64,000 nucleotides of DNA from Anaerolineae bacterium (GCA_027021705.1 JALUTT010000108.1:8424-72423); one strand, 5' to 3'; counted from the first letter of the stretch, positions 10,511 to 20,154 are shown. Notes: generated by a model not told the origin, from the sequence alone. Numbers and translations are program-made.

Positions 10511-10637
10511 TTCTCGCAGTTTTTCGCGGATTTTTGAAGTCCTCCGCAGTTTGTCGCAGTTTTTCCGGGGATCTCGAACCGGTGTTACGTAATTCGCAGA
10601 AAGTCCGTAGTTCTCCGCAGTTTTTCCGGGGTATAAT
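10511..10637 (+). promoter_or_regulatory. ~10-bp phased (T)TTYCGCAG repeat array ending in a TATAAT -10
   Basis: cgcag/cgcgg/cgtag at 10515, 10525, 10545, 10555, 10595, 10606, 10616; tataat 10632-10637. Confidence 0.65.
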
Positions 10638-10786
10638 AGGGAGGACCGTCGGGTCGGTTCGTGCTTGTCCTTTGGTAACACCCCTTCCCTACGGCCAAGG
10701 CGTAAAGATCGCGGGAGGTCCCCTCGGCCTCTGTTGTGCTTCGACGGTGAAGGGAGTACCAAGCGTTTCACGAAGGAGGCATCGGT

Positions 10787-13700
10787 ATGAAGGCCGGTCC
10801 ACACCGTCTGCTATACGTATCGGCTGCTCTTGCCTTGCTGCTCCTGATCACGGCGGTCCCCGTGCTCGCCACCCGCCCGTCGGGTGAGAGGGCAAACCCG
10901 CCAACCTCCCCTGGACCCGACTCCCACGCTCTGCGTGAGAGTCCTCTTGTCTCCCGGCCCGGTTCCCACGCCCTGCGCGGGAGCCTCCCACCCGCCACCC
11001 GCCCGACGGAGGGGGCCGCTGCGCCCTTTGCACCCCACCGCGTCATCGTCAAGCTCCGGGGTGGCGTGCACCTTTTCATCGGCCTGCGCGGGGCGGTCCA
11101 CACCGGCCGGCCATCTCTGGACGCTCGCCTGACCACCCTGTCGGTCCGGTCCGCGCGGCCGCTCTTCCCCCACGTACAGCAGCCGGATGGGTTCGGCCTC
11201 GACCGCATCTACCGCTTGGAGCTGGGGCCGGCAGCCGATGTCCTGAAAGCCGTGCAGCTTCTCTCCCACGACCCGGCCGTGGAATGGGCCGAGCCGGACT
11301 ACCTGGCCTACCCCGCCGACACCACCCCCAACGACCCGCATTTCTCCGAACAATGGGGGCTGACCAAGATTCAAGCTCCGGCGGCCTGGGACGTTGTAAC
11401 AGGTACGCAGACGGTGGTCATCGCCGTCGTGGACTCGGGCATCCAACAGGACCACCCCGACCTCGACGGCCACCTGTGGGTCAACCCGGGTGAGATTGCC
11501 GGGAACGGCGTGGACGACGACAACAACGGCTACGTGGACGACGTCCACGGCTGGAACTTCGTGGACGACTCGAACGACGTCGCCGACGGCAACGGCCACG
11601 GCACCCAGGTGGCCGGCGTCGCCGCCGCCGAGAGCGACAACGGCATCGGCATCGCCGGGGTGTGCTGGAACTGCCGCATCATGCCGGTCAAGGTGATGGC
11701 CGATTCCGGCATTGCCAACTACTCGGACATCGCCTCGGGTGTGCGCTACGCCGCCGACAAAGGGGCGCAGGTCATTAACCTGAGCCTGGGCGGGTATGCT
11801 TACTCCAACGCCCTGCGGGAGGCGGTGGCTTACGCCGCCAACAAGGGCGCGGTGATTGTGGCCGGCGCGGGGAACGACAACACCTCTTCCCCCTTCTACC
11901 CTGCCGCCTACGACGACGTGCTGGCCGTGGCCGGAACGGCGGACGACGACACCAAAGCGACCTTCTCCAACTATGGCGAGTGGGTCAACCTGGCTGCCCC
12001 CGCCGTGGCGATCACCACCACCTTCCTCGGCGGCGACTACGGCTCCGCCGACGGCACCAGCCTGGCGGCCCCCTTCGTCTCTGGCCTGGCGGGGCTGATC
12101 CGCAGCCGCTGGCCGGACTGGACGCTGGCGATGGTGCGCAGCCAACTGATGCAGACGGCGGACGACCTGGACACCCTCAATCCGGCCTACGCCGGCAAGC
12201 TGGGCGCGGGCCGCATCAACGCCGCCGCCGCGATGCAGGACCCCCATCCGGCGCTGACGCTGGCGGGAACGGCGGTGAACGGCGACCCCCTGGGCCGCCC
12301 TACTCCCGGCGAGGCGGCCACGCTGCTGGTCACGTTGGGCAACGACTGGCTGGACGCCACCGGCGTCACCGGCGTGCTCGCCACCACCGACCCCTACGTC
12401 GCGCTGGGGCAGGCGACCGCCTCCTACGGAGACATCCCTGCCGGCGGGAGCGGCGATTCCTCCCCCGCCTACACCTTCACCGTCGCCTCCGGCGCGGGGT
12501 ACAACCACCCCATCCCCTTCACGCTGGAGGTGACGGCCAACGGTGGGGCGTACACGACCACCATCCCCTTCACCGTCACCACCCGCAGCGGCGATGAGCA
12601 CTTTTGCGGCACGGTGGCCGCGGACCAGACCTGGACCAGCGATAAGACCTACATCTTGGATTGCAACGTAGGAATCGCGCCGGGCTACACGCTGACCATC
12701 GAGGCCGGCACCGAGATCCACTTCAGCGGCAACTACACGCTGAGCGTGGGCGGGACGCTGATCGCCGACGGCACGGCGGCGGAGCCGATCCGCTTCATGC
12801 CCCACACCGAGGGTGGAAACTGGGGTCGCATCTTTTTCGATGACCCCGGCGTGGACGCCCGGACAACGGTGAGCGGCACTTACCTGAGCGGTAACCTGCT
12901 GCGTTACGTGCGCATCGAGGGGGCGACGGGGGGCATCGGTTGCCAGAACACCACCCCCTACCTGGACCACGTGACGCTGACCGGTGGGGGGATGACCTGT
13001 GCTGTCGGTAATACTCCCCTTTGGGTGCAGGACAGTGATCTGCACGGCAATGTGTCCGCCACGGGGGGAAGCGCGGGTGTCAACCTGCTGCGCAGCACGG
13101 TGCGCGGCACCCTGAACCTGCCCGGCAATTCCCGGGTGCTCACCGCCACCGTCACCGGCGGCCTGACGGCCGGCACGAACAGCCTGATCCAGAACAACGA
13201 CCTGGGCGGCAGCGTCAGCGCGGGCAACGATTCCACCGTTCGGGGGAACACCGTCCGCAACGGTGGCATCAGCGTGAGCGCCGGGGCTACCGTGGAGGAG
13301 AACGAGATCGAGTGTACCACCGGCTGGGGCATCCAGACTTCCGGCGTGGCGACGGTGCGCTATAACCGGATCGTGGGCTGTGCCTCCGGCATCCGGGGCC
13401 GCGGCACACTCCAGGGCAACCTGGTCGCCAACAGCGGCGGCATCGGCCTGGAACTGACCGGCTCCTCCACCGTGGTCAGCAACACCTTCACCGGGATCGG
13501 GGGCAGCGCGGTCAAGATTTCCGGCGGCAACGCGGTCACCATCACCGGCAACAACTTCGAGTTCAACGGCGGTGCTTACGATGTCGAGAACCGCGTTCCC
13601 AAGACCACGATGGCGACGGTGGACGCCCGGGGCAACTGGTGGGGCACCACCAGTGACGCGGCCATCCGGCAGCGTATCTACGACTTCAGCGACGACTACA

Positions 13701-15349
13701 ACCTGGGCCAGGTGCTCTACAGCCCGGTGCTGACGCAACCCTCCGCCCTGGCGCCGGCCTACCTGCGGGCGATCACCCTGACGCCGGAGAGCCCGGTGGG
13801 CATCGAGACGGTGGCCTTCGACCTGCTCTTCAGCCGCGATATGGACCCGGAGGTCGCGCCGCAGGTGGCCTTTCACTCCACCTCCCTGCCGCGCTGGGAT
13901 GCCCGCCACGACATGCCCACCGCGCGCTCTGGGCTGGCAGCGGCGGTCGGCCCCGACGAGCGCATCTACGCCATCGGGGGAGGTAATTCCGGCGGCCTGC
14001 TGGCGACGGTGGAGGCCTACGATCTGGCGAGCGACACCTGGAAGACGGTGGCCCCTATGCCCACCGCGCGCTGGGGGCTGGCAGCCGCCGTCGGCCCCGA
14101 CGGGCACATCTACGCCATCGGGGGATATGCAAACGGCAGGTATCTGGCGACAGTGGAGGCCTACGATCCGGCGAGCGACACCTGGGAGACGGTGGCCCCT
14201 ATGCCCACCGCGCGCTACTTTTTGGCGGCTGCCGTCGGCCCCGACGGGCGCATCTACGCCATCGGGGGATATGCAAACGGCAGGTACCTGGCGACGGTGG
14301 AGGCCTATGATCCGGCGAGCGACACCTGGGAGACGGTGGCTCCCATGCCCACCGCGCGCTATGCGCTGGCGGCAGCGGCCGGCCCCGACGGGCGCATCTA
14401 CGCCATTGGAGGTTGGGGCGGCTTGCAGACGGTGGAGGCATACGATCCGGCGAGCGACACCTGGGAGACGGTCGCCCCCATGCCCACCGCGCGCTCTTAC
14501 CTGGCGGCGGCGGTCGGCCCCGACGGGCGCATCTACGCCATCGGGGGATATAATAGTTACGGCAGCCTGCTGACAGCGCTGGCGACGGTGGAAGCCTACG
14601 ACCCGACGCGCGACGCCTGGGAGACCGTTGCTCCGATGCCCACCGCGCGCTGGAGGCTGGCAGCCGCCGCCGGCCCCGACGGGCGCATCTACGCCATCGG
14701 GGGTAATTATAATTACGGCAGCCTGCTGGAGACGGTGGAGGTGCTAACCCTGGCAACCCTCTACACCGACTTCTACGGCGGCACGTGGCCCGCGCCCAAT
14801 CGCTACCGCGTCTTCTACGACTTCTCCACCCTCGTCCCGCGCGATACCTACACCATCATCGTCTCCGGGGCGCGGGTGCCGGAGACGACCGGCTCCGGTA
14901 CGCTCATCCTCCCCGTCCCCGGCGGGGGGATGGCGATGCCGCCCAACGCGGCCTACACCTTCACCGTGGATTACGCCGGGTCCATTAACGACACCACCGC
15001 GCCGCTGGCGCCGTATGTCGAGGCCTGTGCCGCCACTACGCCGGATACCCTCTCCGCTCACTGGTCGGCCTCCGATCCCGAGAGCAGCATTGACCGCTAC
15101 CAATACGCCATCGGCCTTGCCCCCGGCGGTTCGGAGGTGGTCAATTGGACTTTCACCTCGTCGGCGTCGGTGACGCGCACCAACCTCTCCTTAACCTTCG
15201 GGCAGACCTACTACGTCAGCGTCAAGGCCCGCAACGTCGGCGGCATCTGGAGCGAGGCCACCAGCGTGGGGGTTGTGGCCGGGTCGGGGGGATGTGTGAG
15301 AGGAGGGCAGTCACAAGTCTACCTGCCGTTGGTATTGCGCAATTGGTAG
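10787..15349 (+). CDS. Secreted S8 subtilisin-like serine protease with beta-helix, six Kelch repeats, FN3-like domain and C-terminal YLPLV motif
   Basis: Signal peptide; triad motifs VVDSG, HGTQVAG, GTSLAAP; Kelch units 'MPTAR...IYAIGG...VEAYDP..TW'; ends VYLPLVLRNW; RBS aggagg. Confidence 0.93.
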   Translation: MKAGPHRLLYVSAALALLLLITAVPVLATRPSGERANPPTSPGPDSHALRESPLVSRPGSHALRGSLPPATRPTEGAAAPFAPHRVIVKLRGGVHLFIGLRGAVHTGRPSLDARLTTLSVRSARPLFPHVQQPDGFGLDRIYRLELGPAADVLKAVQLLSHDPAVEWAEPDYLAYPADTTPNDPHFSEQWGLTKIQAPAAWDVVTGTQTVVIAVVDSGIQQDHPDLDGHLWVNPGEIAGNGVDDDNNGYVDDVHGWNFVDDSNDVADGNGHGTQVAGVAAAESDNGIGIAGVCWNCRIMPVKVMADSGIANYSDIASGVRYAADKGAQVINLSLGGYAYSNALREAVAYAANKGAVIVAGAGNDNTSSPFYPAAYDDVLAVAGTADDDTKATFSNYGEWVNLAAPAVAITTTFLGGDYGSADGTSLAAPFVSGLAGLIRSRWPDWTLAMVRSQLMQTADDLDTLNPAYAGKLGAGRINAAAAMQDPHPALTLAGTAVNGDPLGRPTPGEAATLLVTLGNDWLDATGVTGVLATTDPYVALGQATASYGDIPAGGSGDSSPAYTFTVASGAGYNHPIPFTLEVTANGGAYTTTIPFTVTTRSGDEHFCGTVAADQTWTSDKTYILDCNVGIAPGYTLTIEAGTEIHFSGNYTLSVGGTLIADGTAAEPIRFMPHTEGGNWGRIFFDDPGVDARTTVSGTYLSGNLLRYVRIEGATGGIGCQNTTPYLDHVTLTGGGMTCAVGNTPLWVQDSDLHGNVSATGGSAGVNLLRSTVRGTLNLPGNSRVLTATVTGGLTAGTNSLIQNNDLGGSVSAGNDSTVRGNTVRNGGISVSAGATVEENEIECTTGWGIQTSGVATVRYNRIVGCASGIRGRGTLQGNLVANSGGIGLELTGSSTVVSNTFTGIGGSAVKISGGNAVTITGNNFEFNGGAYDVENRVPKTTMATVDARGNWWGTTSDAAIRQRIYDFSDDYNLGQVLYSPVLTQPSALAPAYLRAITLTPESPVGIETVAFDLLFSRDMDPEVAPQVAFHSTSLPRWDARHDMPTARSGLAAAVGPDERIYAIGGGNSGGLLATVEAYDLASDTWKTVAPMPTARWGLAAAVGPDGHIYAIGGYANGRYLATVEAYDPASDTWETVAPMPTARYFLAAAVGPDGRIYAIGGYANGRYLATVEAYDPASDTWETVAPMPTARYALAAAAGPDGRIYAIGGWGGLQTVEAYDPASDTWETVAPMPTARSYLAAAVGPDGRIYAIGGYNSYGSLLTALATVEAYDPTRDAWETVAPMPTARWRLAAAAGPDGRIYAIGGNYNYGSLLETVEVLTLATLYTDFYGGTWPAPNRYRVFYDFSTLVPRDTYTIIVSGARVPETTGSGTLILPVPGGGMAMPPNAAYTFTVDYAGSINDTTAPLAPYVEACAATTPDTLSAHWSASDPESSIDRYQYAIGLAPGGSEVVNWTFTSSASVTRTNLSLTFGQTYYVSVKARNVGGIWSEATSVGVVAGSGGCVRGGQSQVYLPLVLRNW
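13895..14742 (+). repeat. Six intragenic Kelch-coding tandem repeats (~140-155 bp)
   Basis: atgcccaccgcgcgc and atctacgccat recur six times with high nucleotide identity. Confidence 0.9.
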
Positions 15350-15356
15350 AAGGACG

Positions 15357-15760
15357 CTGAGGACGCTGAGAGAAGACGCTTCTCAGTGCCTTCACCCCCT
15401 TCAACGTTTCAGTGATTCAGGGCACAAAGGGCACCAAGATCACGAAGGCCACCAAGGAAGGGAAAGGGAAAACAGCCCTTTGTGCCCTTCGTGCTCGTCG
15501 TGTGCTTGGTGACCGGACCCGGCACCGCCTGTTCACGGCAGTCTGAGCCACAAAGGGCACCAAGGACACAAAGACCACCAAGGGTGATAAAGGGAAAACA
15601 GCCCTTTGTGCCCTTCGTGCTCGTCGTGTGCTTGGTGACCGGATCCGGCACCGCCTGCTCACGGCAGCCTGAGCCACAAAGGGCACCAAGGACACAAAGA
15701 CCACCAAGGGTGATAAGTCGTGTGCTTGGTGACCAGACCCGGCACCGCCTGTTCACGGCG
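15357..15760. repeat. Array of the REP-like element (126-bp period, about 2.7 units) plus a 40-bp hairpin unit
   Basis: gagccacaaagggcaccaagg at 15545 and 15671; gctgagagaagacgcttct also at ~10229. Confidence 0.9.
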
Positions 15761-15779
15761 GTGCTGACCAGCCCCCGGC

Positions 15780-16241
15780 TTAGCGGCGCAGGGTGGCGAC
15801 CAGCCGCCGGGGGTGCAGGAGGAGCTCCAGGGCGGTCCCGATGTCGGGCACGAGGATGTCGGCCTGGCGCAGGGCGTCGGCGGCCAGCCCCTCCGGCCCC
15901 AGGATGACGATGCCCAGGGCAGCAGCCGCCAGCATCGCCGCGTCGTTAGCCCCGTTGCCGATGGCGACGACGGTGTCGGCCCCTAACTCCCGCACGAAGG
16001 CCGCCTTCTCCTCGGCCCCGCCGATCCGATGGGCGGTGAGCCCCAGTTGGGCGTCTATGGCCGCCTGCCGGCCGTGGGTGTCCGCCGTCAGCAGGTGCAC
16101 CTCCAAGTGTCGGCGCAGGGCGGTCAGCCCCTCCGCCACACCCTCCAGCAGGTGGCCGTCCAGGGCCAGGGTCCCGTTGACGTCGAAGACGGCGTGGGCC
16201 AGGCGGTACTCCCCCCGGCCCGGCACGGTGATGGTGATCAT
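15780..16241 (-). CDS. HAD-superfamily hydrolase (soluble P-type ATPase-like)
   Basis: FDVNGTLA motif I, TADT, K, GNGAND. Confidence 0.85.
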   Translation of the reverse strand: MITITVPGRGEYRLAHAVFDVNGTLALDGHLLEGVAEGLTALRRHLEVHLLTADTHGRQAAIDAQLGLTAHRIGGAEEKAAFVRELGADTVVAIGNGANDAAMLAAAALGIVILGPEGLAADALRQADILVPDIGTALELLLHPRRLVATLRR

Positions 16242-16254
16242 CTCCCGCTCCTGG

Positions 16255-17376
16255 TCAGCAGATCCGGGGCAACTGCTCTCCCACCAGGGTGTCCACGATG
16301 CGCGATCCGCCGATGCCGGTGCGGGCGATGACTATGCCCGGGTGCTCGGCGACCACCCGCCCGATGCGGGCCGCCTCCCGCCCCAGGGGATGGGCACGCA
16401 TCGCCTCCAGGACCGCGTCGGCCGCCTCGGCCGGGAGCACGGCGATCAGCTTCCCCTCGTTGGCGACGTAGAAGGGGTCCAGCCCCAACATCTCGCAGGC
16501 GGCGGCCACGGCCGGTCGGATGGGCACGGCGGGCTCCTCCACCTCGATCCCCACGCCTGAGGCCGTGGCCAGCTCGTTCAGGGCGCTGGCCAGCCCCCCC
16601 CGGGTCGGGTCCCGCAGGCAGTGGATCTCCCGGCTCACCTCCAGCATCGCCTCGACCAGCGTGGACAGGGGGGCCGTGTCACTCTCCAGGGCCGTCTCGA
16701 AGGTCAGCCCCTCCCGCTGGGAGAGGACGGCGATGCCGTGGTCGCCGATGGTGCCGCTGACCAGGACTACGTCGCCGGGCCGGGCCCGGTCGGGGGCGAT
16801 CTGGAGGTCGGCCGGCACCAGCCCCAGGCCGGTGGTGTTGATGTAGAGGCCGTCGCCGTGGCCCTTTTCCACGACCTTGGTGTCGCCGGCGACGATGGGC
16901 ACGCCGGCCGCCTGGGCCGCGGTGGCCATCGAGGCCACCACCCGGCCCAGCGTTGCCATATCCAGCCCCTCCTCCAGGATGAAGCCGGCCGTCAGCCAGA
17001 GGGGGCGCGCCCCCACCATCGCCAGGTCATTCACCGTGCCGTGGACGGCCAACTGGCCGATGTCCCCGCCGGGGAAGAAGAGGGGGCTGACGGTAAAGCT
17101 GTCGGTGGAGAGGGCCAGGCGAAGGGGGGAGGCCCCCGGCCTCTCGTCCAGCGTCAGCACCGTCGCATCCCCCATCTGGCGCAGCGCCGGGTTGTCGAAC
17201 TCGGCGGCGAAGAGGTGGCGGATCAGGTCGGCCGAGAGCTTGCCGCCCCCGCCGTGGCCCAAGACAATGGTCGGATAATCCCGCAAAGGCAGCGGACAGG
17301 TCCAGCTTTCGATGGTCACAGGAGGCATAGGCGCAACCCTTCCCCGTTCGCGTTTCTGAGAATGCTCATCCGTCAC
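16255..17376 (-). CDS. hypE: Hydrogenase maturation carbamoyl dehydratase HypE (alternative start 17328)
   Basis: HGGGGK, TDSF, GTVNDLA, GDTKVV, RDPTRGG, ANEG, C-terminal PRIC. Confidence 0.96.
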   Translation of the reverse strand: MTDEHSQKRERGRVAPMPPVTIESWTCPLPLRDYPTIVLGHGGGGKLSADLIRHLFAAEFDNPALRQMGDATVLTLDERPGASPLRLALSTDSFTVSPLFFPGGDIGQLAVHGTVNDLAMVGARPLWLTAGFILEEGLDMATLGRVVASMATAAQAAGVPIVAGDTKVVEKGHGDGLYINTTGLGLVPADLQIAPDRARPGDVVLVSGTIGDHGIAVLSQREGLTFETALESDTAPLSTLVEAMLEVSREIHCLRDPTRGGLASALNELATASGVGIEVEEPAVPIRPAVAAACEMLGLDPFYVANEGKLIAVLPAEAADAVLEAMRAHPLGREAARIGRVVAEHPGIVIARTGIGGSRIVDTLVGEQLPRIC

Positions 17377-19436
17377 GCCAGGCCGGCCGGAGGGACGGAG
17401 GCGGGGAGGACGACGCAGAAAGTACTCCCGTCCCCCACCCGGCTGCTCACCTCCAGGTGCCCTCCGTGCAGCCGGACGATCTCTTGGACGATGGAAAGCC
17501 CCAGGCCGGTGCCTGGGGCACGACTCTTCCGGGCCGCATAGCCCCGGTAGAAGCGGCTGAAGATCTGGTCCCGCTCCTCGGGGAGGATGCCGTAGCCGGT
17601 GTCGCGCACCTGGAGGACCAGCGCCTGCCGACCGACGGCCTCCCGCCGGCCCACCGAGACGGTGACCCGACCGCCGGCCGGCGTGTAGTGGATGGCGTTG
17701 GTGATCAGGTTGACCAGCACCTGGGTCAGGGCGTTGGCGTCGGCCTCCAGCGGGGCCTCGGGTAGCGCGGGCCGGAAGGCCAGGGAGACCCCCCGGTCCT
17801 CTGCCAGCCCCCGGTACTGGTCCACCACCTGGGCGGTCAGGTCCACCAGGTCCAGAGGCTCCCGGTGGATCATCTCGGCCCCTCGGAGGTCCAGCCGGGA
17901 GAGGTCCAGCAGGTCTTCTACCAACTGTTGCAAGCGGGCCGTCTCCCGGTCCAAGATGCGCCAGTACTCTCCCTGCTTCTCCGGCTTCCCCTTCCGCAGA
18001 AGGGTCTGGTAGAGCTTGATGTTGGTGATGGGGGTGCGCAGCTCGTGGGAGACGTGGGAGACGAACTGGCTCTTCAGCCGGTCCAGCTCGGCCAGCCGGC
18101 TCACGTCGTGCAGGGTGACCACCACGTCGCCGTCCATCGGCGCAGCGTGGGCCTGCAAAGTGACCGGCCCGAACTCCAGCAGCCGCTCCCGTTCCCGGCG
18201 GTGGGCGATCTCCTGGATCGCCCCCTGCAGGGCGGCGGGGTCCACACCCTTCAGCCGCCCTCCCAGCCAGCGCCGGGCCACCGGGTTGTCCAGGATGATC
18301 TCCCCTTCTCGGTTCAGCACCAGGATGCCGTCGGGAACGGTGGCGAGCACCGCCTCCAGGCGCTCTCGCTCCTCCCGCAGTTGGGCCGTGTGGGCTTCGA
18401 TCTCCCGGATGCGGGCCAGGGTGATCATCGCCTCGCGGGCGATGGCCTGGAGGAAAGCCAGTTGCTGGGGGCTGAAGGCCCGGGGACGGGTGGCGAAGAT
18501 CCCCAGCAATCCCAGGATCTCGCTGTCCGAGAAGAGGGGCGCGTACTCTTCCGAGGAAGGTTCCATGGTCAACGGACGGGCCTGGGCATCGTAGTTGCGT
18601 CCTTCCTCAAGGACGAGGGACAGGCCATTCTCCTCCGGAATGTCTCCCCCCAGGGCAACGAAGTGAGCCCGCATCCGGGTCTCGACCGCAGCCACCGCCT
18701 CCGGAGAGAGAGGCAACCGCTTGTGGATGATCAGTTGGCGGTACCGGTTGGCGATGAGGAGCAGACAGGCGGCCACGTCGGGCCCCAAAGCCTGGTTGAG
18801 GGCATCCAACAGGGCGCGGGCGAGTTGGTCGTAGGTGATGACGGGGATGAAGCGGTGGCTCAGTTCGAAGAGGGCCTGCAGTTCCCCGGAGCGGGCGATG
18901 ACCCGTGCCTCCAGGGCCGTATTGAGCCGCTGGAGATCCCGATGGAGCTGGGCTCGGGAGAGGGCAGCGGCGATCTGGTCGGCCAAGGCCCGCAAGAGCT
19001 GCACGTCCTCGTCGCCAAAGGCGTTCAGCCGGGGGCTTTCCACGTTCAGCACCCCCAGCTTCCGCTCGGCGGTGCGCAGGGGTACGGCGACCTCGGAGCG
19101 CATTCCCGGAGTGGCGACGATGTAACGGGGTTCCTGGCGCACATCGGGCACCACGATGGGCCGGCCCGTGCTCAACGCCAGGCTGGCGACGCCCTCCCCC
19201 AGAGGGACTGCCTGAGGGGCGTCGGGGGCGAGGCCTCGATAGGAGGGATGGGGGCGCAGGACACCAGCGGTTTCATCCAGCAACAGCACACCTAGGTGAT
19301 CGGGATAGAGATGGCGAGCGATGACATCACAAACCCGCTCCAACAGTTCATCGGGGTCAGCGGCCGCTGCTGAAGCGGCGGCGACCTCGTACATCACAGT
19401 CAGTTCTTTCAACGTTCTTCCCTGATAGGGCGTCAT
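17373..19436 (-). CDS. Cytoplasmic GAF-GAF-PAS sensor histidine kinase
   Basis: GAF (DVRQEPRY...SEVAVPL), SHELRTP, NLITNAIHY, DTGYGI, GTGLGL; start set at ATG 19436 with aaggag RBS. Confidence 0.92.
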   Translation of the reverse strand: MTPYQGRTLKELTVMYEVAAASAAAADPDELLERVCDVIARHLYPDHLGVLLLDETAGVLRPHPSYRGLAPDAPQAVPLGEGVASLALSTGRPIVVPDVRQEPRYIVATPGMRSEVAVPLRTAERKLGVLNVESPRLNAFGDEDVQLLRALADQIAAALSRAQLHRDLQRLNTALEARVIARSGELQALFELSHRFIPVITYDQLARALLDALNQALGPDVAACLLLIANRYRQLIIHKRLPLSPEAVAAVETRMRAHFVALGGDIPEENGLSLVLEEGRNYDAQARPLTMEPSSEEYAPLFSDSEILGLLGIFATRPRAFSPQQLAFLQAIAREAMITLARIREIEAHTAQLREERERLEAVLATVPDGILVLNREGEIILDNPVARRWLGGRLKGVDPAALQGAIQEIAHRRERERLLEFGPVTLQAHAAPMDGDVVVTLHDVSRLAELDRLKSQFVSHVSHELRTPITNIKLYQTLLRKGKPEKQGEYWRILDRETARLQQLVEDLLDLSRLDLRGAEMIHREPLDLVDLTAQVVDQYRGLAEDRGVSLAFRPALPEAPLEADANALTQVLVNLITNAIHYTPAGGRVTVSVGRREAVGRQALVLQVRDTGYGILPEERDQIFSRFYRGYAARKSRAPGTGLGLSIVQEIVRLHGGHLEVSSRVGDGSTFCVVLPASVPPAGLA

Positions 19437-19758
19437 CGTGGAATCGCTCCTTATCAATGGGGCCGCGACGGCTTCCCTTCTCGACGGCAGCGGTCGGAGC
19501 GTCTATCGCACTCAGGAGATTTCGGCATTGGAGGGAGCGAAGAGGACAGCGAGGAAGAGGCGTAACGGACCGCTGCAAACGGTCCGCCATCCCACAGAGA
19601 CGCATATGAGTTGAGCCCGGCTGAAGTCCGAGAAGCGGGGTTTGAGCGTCGGCGAGTCCGCGAACCCGACTTGAGCCGTGTGCCCTCGTTTTTAACCCAA
19701 TCGAGCCGACGCAGTAGCTGACAGCGAGGCGATCCTATCCGATCTGGAGCCCACTGCC

Positions 19759-19776
19759 AGGTGAAGTATATCACCT
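19759..19776. promoter_or_regulatory. Palindromic operator, CRP/FNR-like geometry
   Basis: aggtga-agtata-tcacct (GTGA-N6-TCAC). Confidence 0.4.
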
Positions 19777-19970
19777 TTTGCCAGGAAAAGCAATCGGATG
19801 GCGAATTCCTGGTGATTACCCACAAGTGAGCGAGGGGATGGGCTGCGGTAGGCCGTCCACGAAGGCGCACATGAGGTGTCCCTCTTTTTGATGTTGATGT
19901 ATTCCGTGCCCATCCGTGGATGGCCAATCTCCCTATCCCCAAGATAAGGGAAATCACCAGCGAATTCCCT

Positions 19971-19999
19971 TTGACAGTTCGCCCAATCTCGTTTACAAT
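19971..19999 (+). promoter_or_regulatory. Sigma70-type promoter upstream of fusA
   Basis: TTGACA-17 bp-TACAAT. Confidence 0.8.
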
Positions 20000-20154
20000 G
20001 AAGGCCCACCGATGAACGCGCATACGGTTGGCGTGTGCCCAAAGTCTGCCGGAAGGGATGTGGAGGTGAGCCGTAGGTCGCCTCTCTACCAACCCGTTTT
20101 GGGCACGCGCCCATAGCTGACACCCTGGCCGGGGTGACAGATCTTTCGGCCTTC
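20000..20154 (+). ncRNA. Candidate structured leader RNA of fusA
   Basis: gaaggcc/ggccttc outer stem, ggcgtgtgcccaaa/tttgggcacgcgcc 14-bp stem, caccctggccggggtg hairpin. Confidence 0.35.

Noticed and set aside
10640..10780. c-di-GMP-I riboswitch in the protease leader (ggtaac...ggcgtaaag)
   Set aside because: No GNRA-capped P2 or matching P1/P3 pairing; resemblance is superficial
10811..14107. 1098-aa antisense ORF, and similar long shadow ORFs such as 5285-7525, 3733-5277 and 31648-32835
   Set aside because: Overlap well-supported genes and have no motifs; expected from high-GC codon bias
13895..14742. Diversity-generating retroelement TR/VR pair among the Kelch repeats
   Set aside because: Differences are not adenine-specific, all copies are in frame, and no reverse transcriptase is in the window
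15417..15760. Possible CRISPR array
   Set aside because: 126-bp units are repeated in full with no unique spacers, and no cas genes are present
19671..19700. Group II intron domain V (gagccgtgtgc)
   Set aside because: No complementary 3' arm and no reverse transcriptase ORF
20040..20070. SRP RNA (ccggaagg loop)
   Set aside because: Lacks the flanking CAGG and AGCAG internal-loop residues of helix 8
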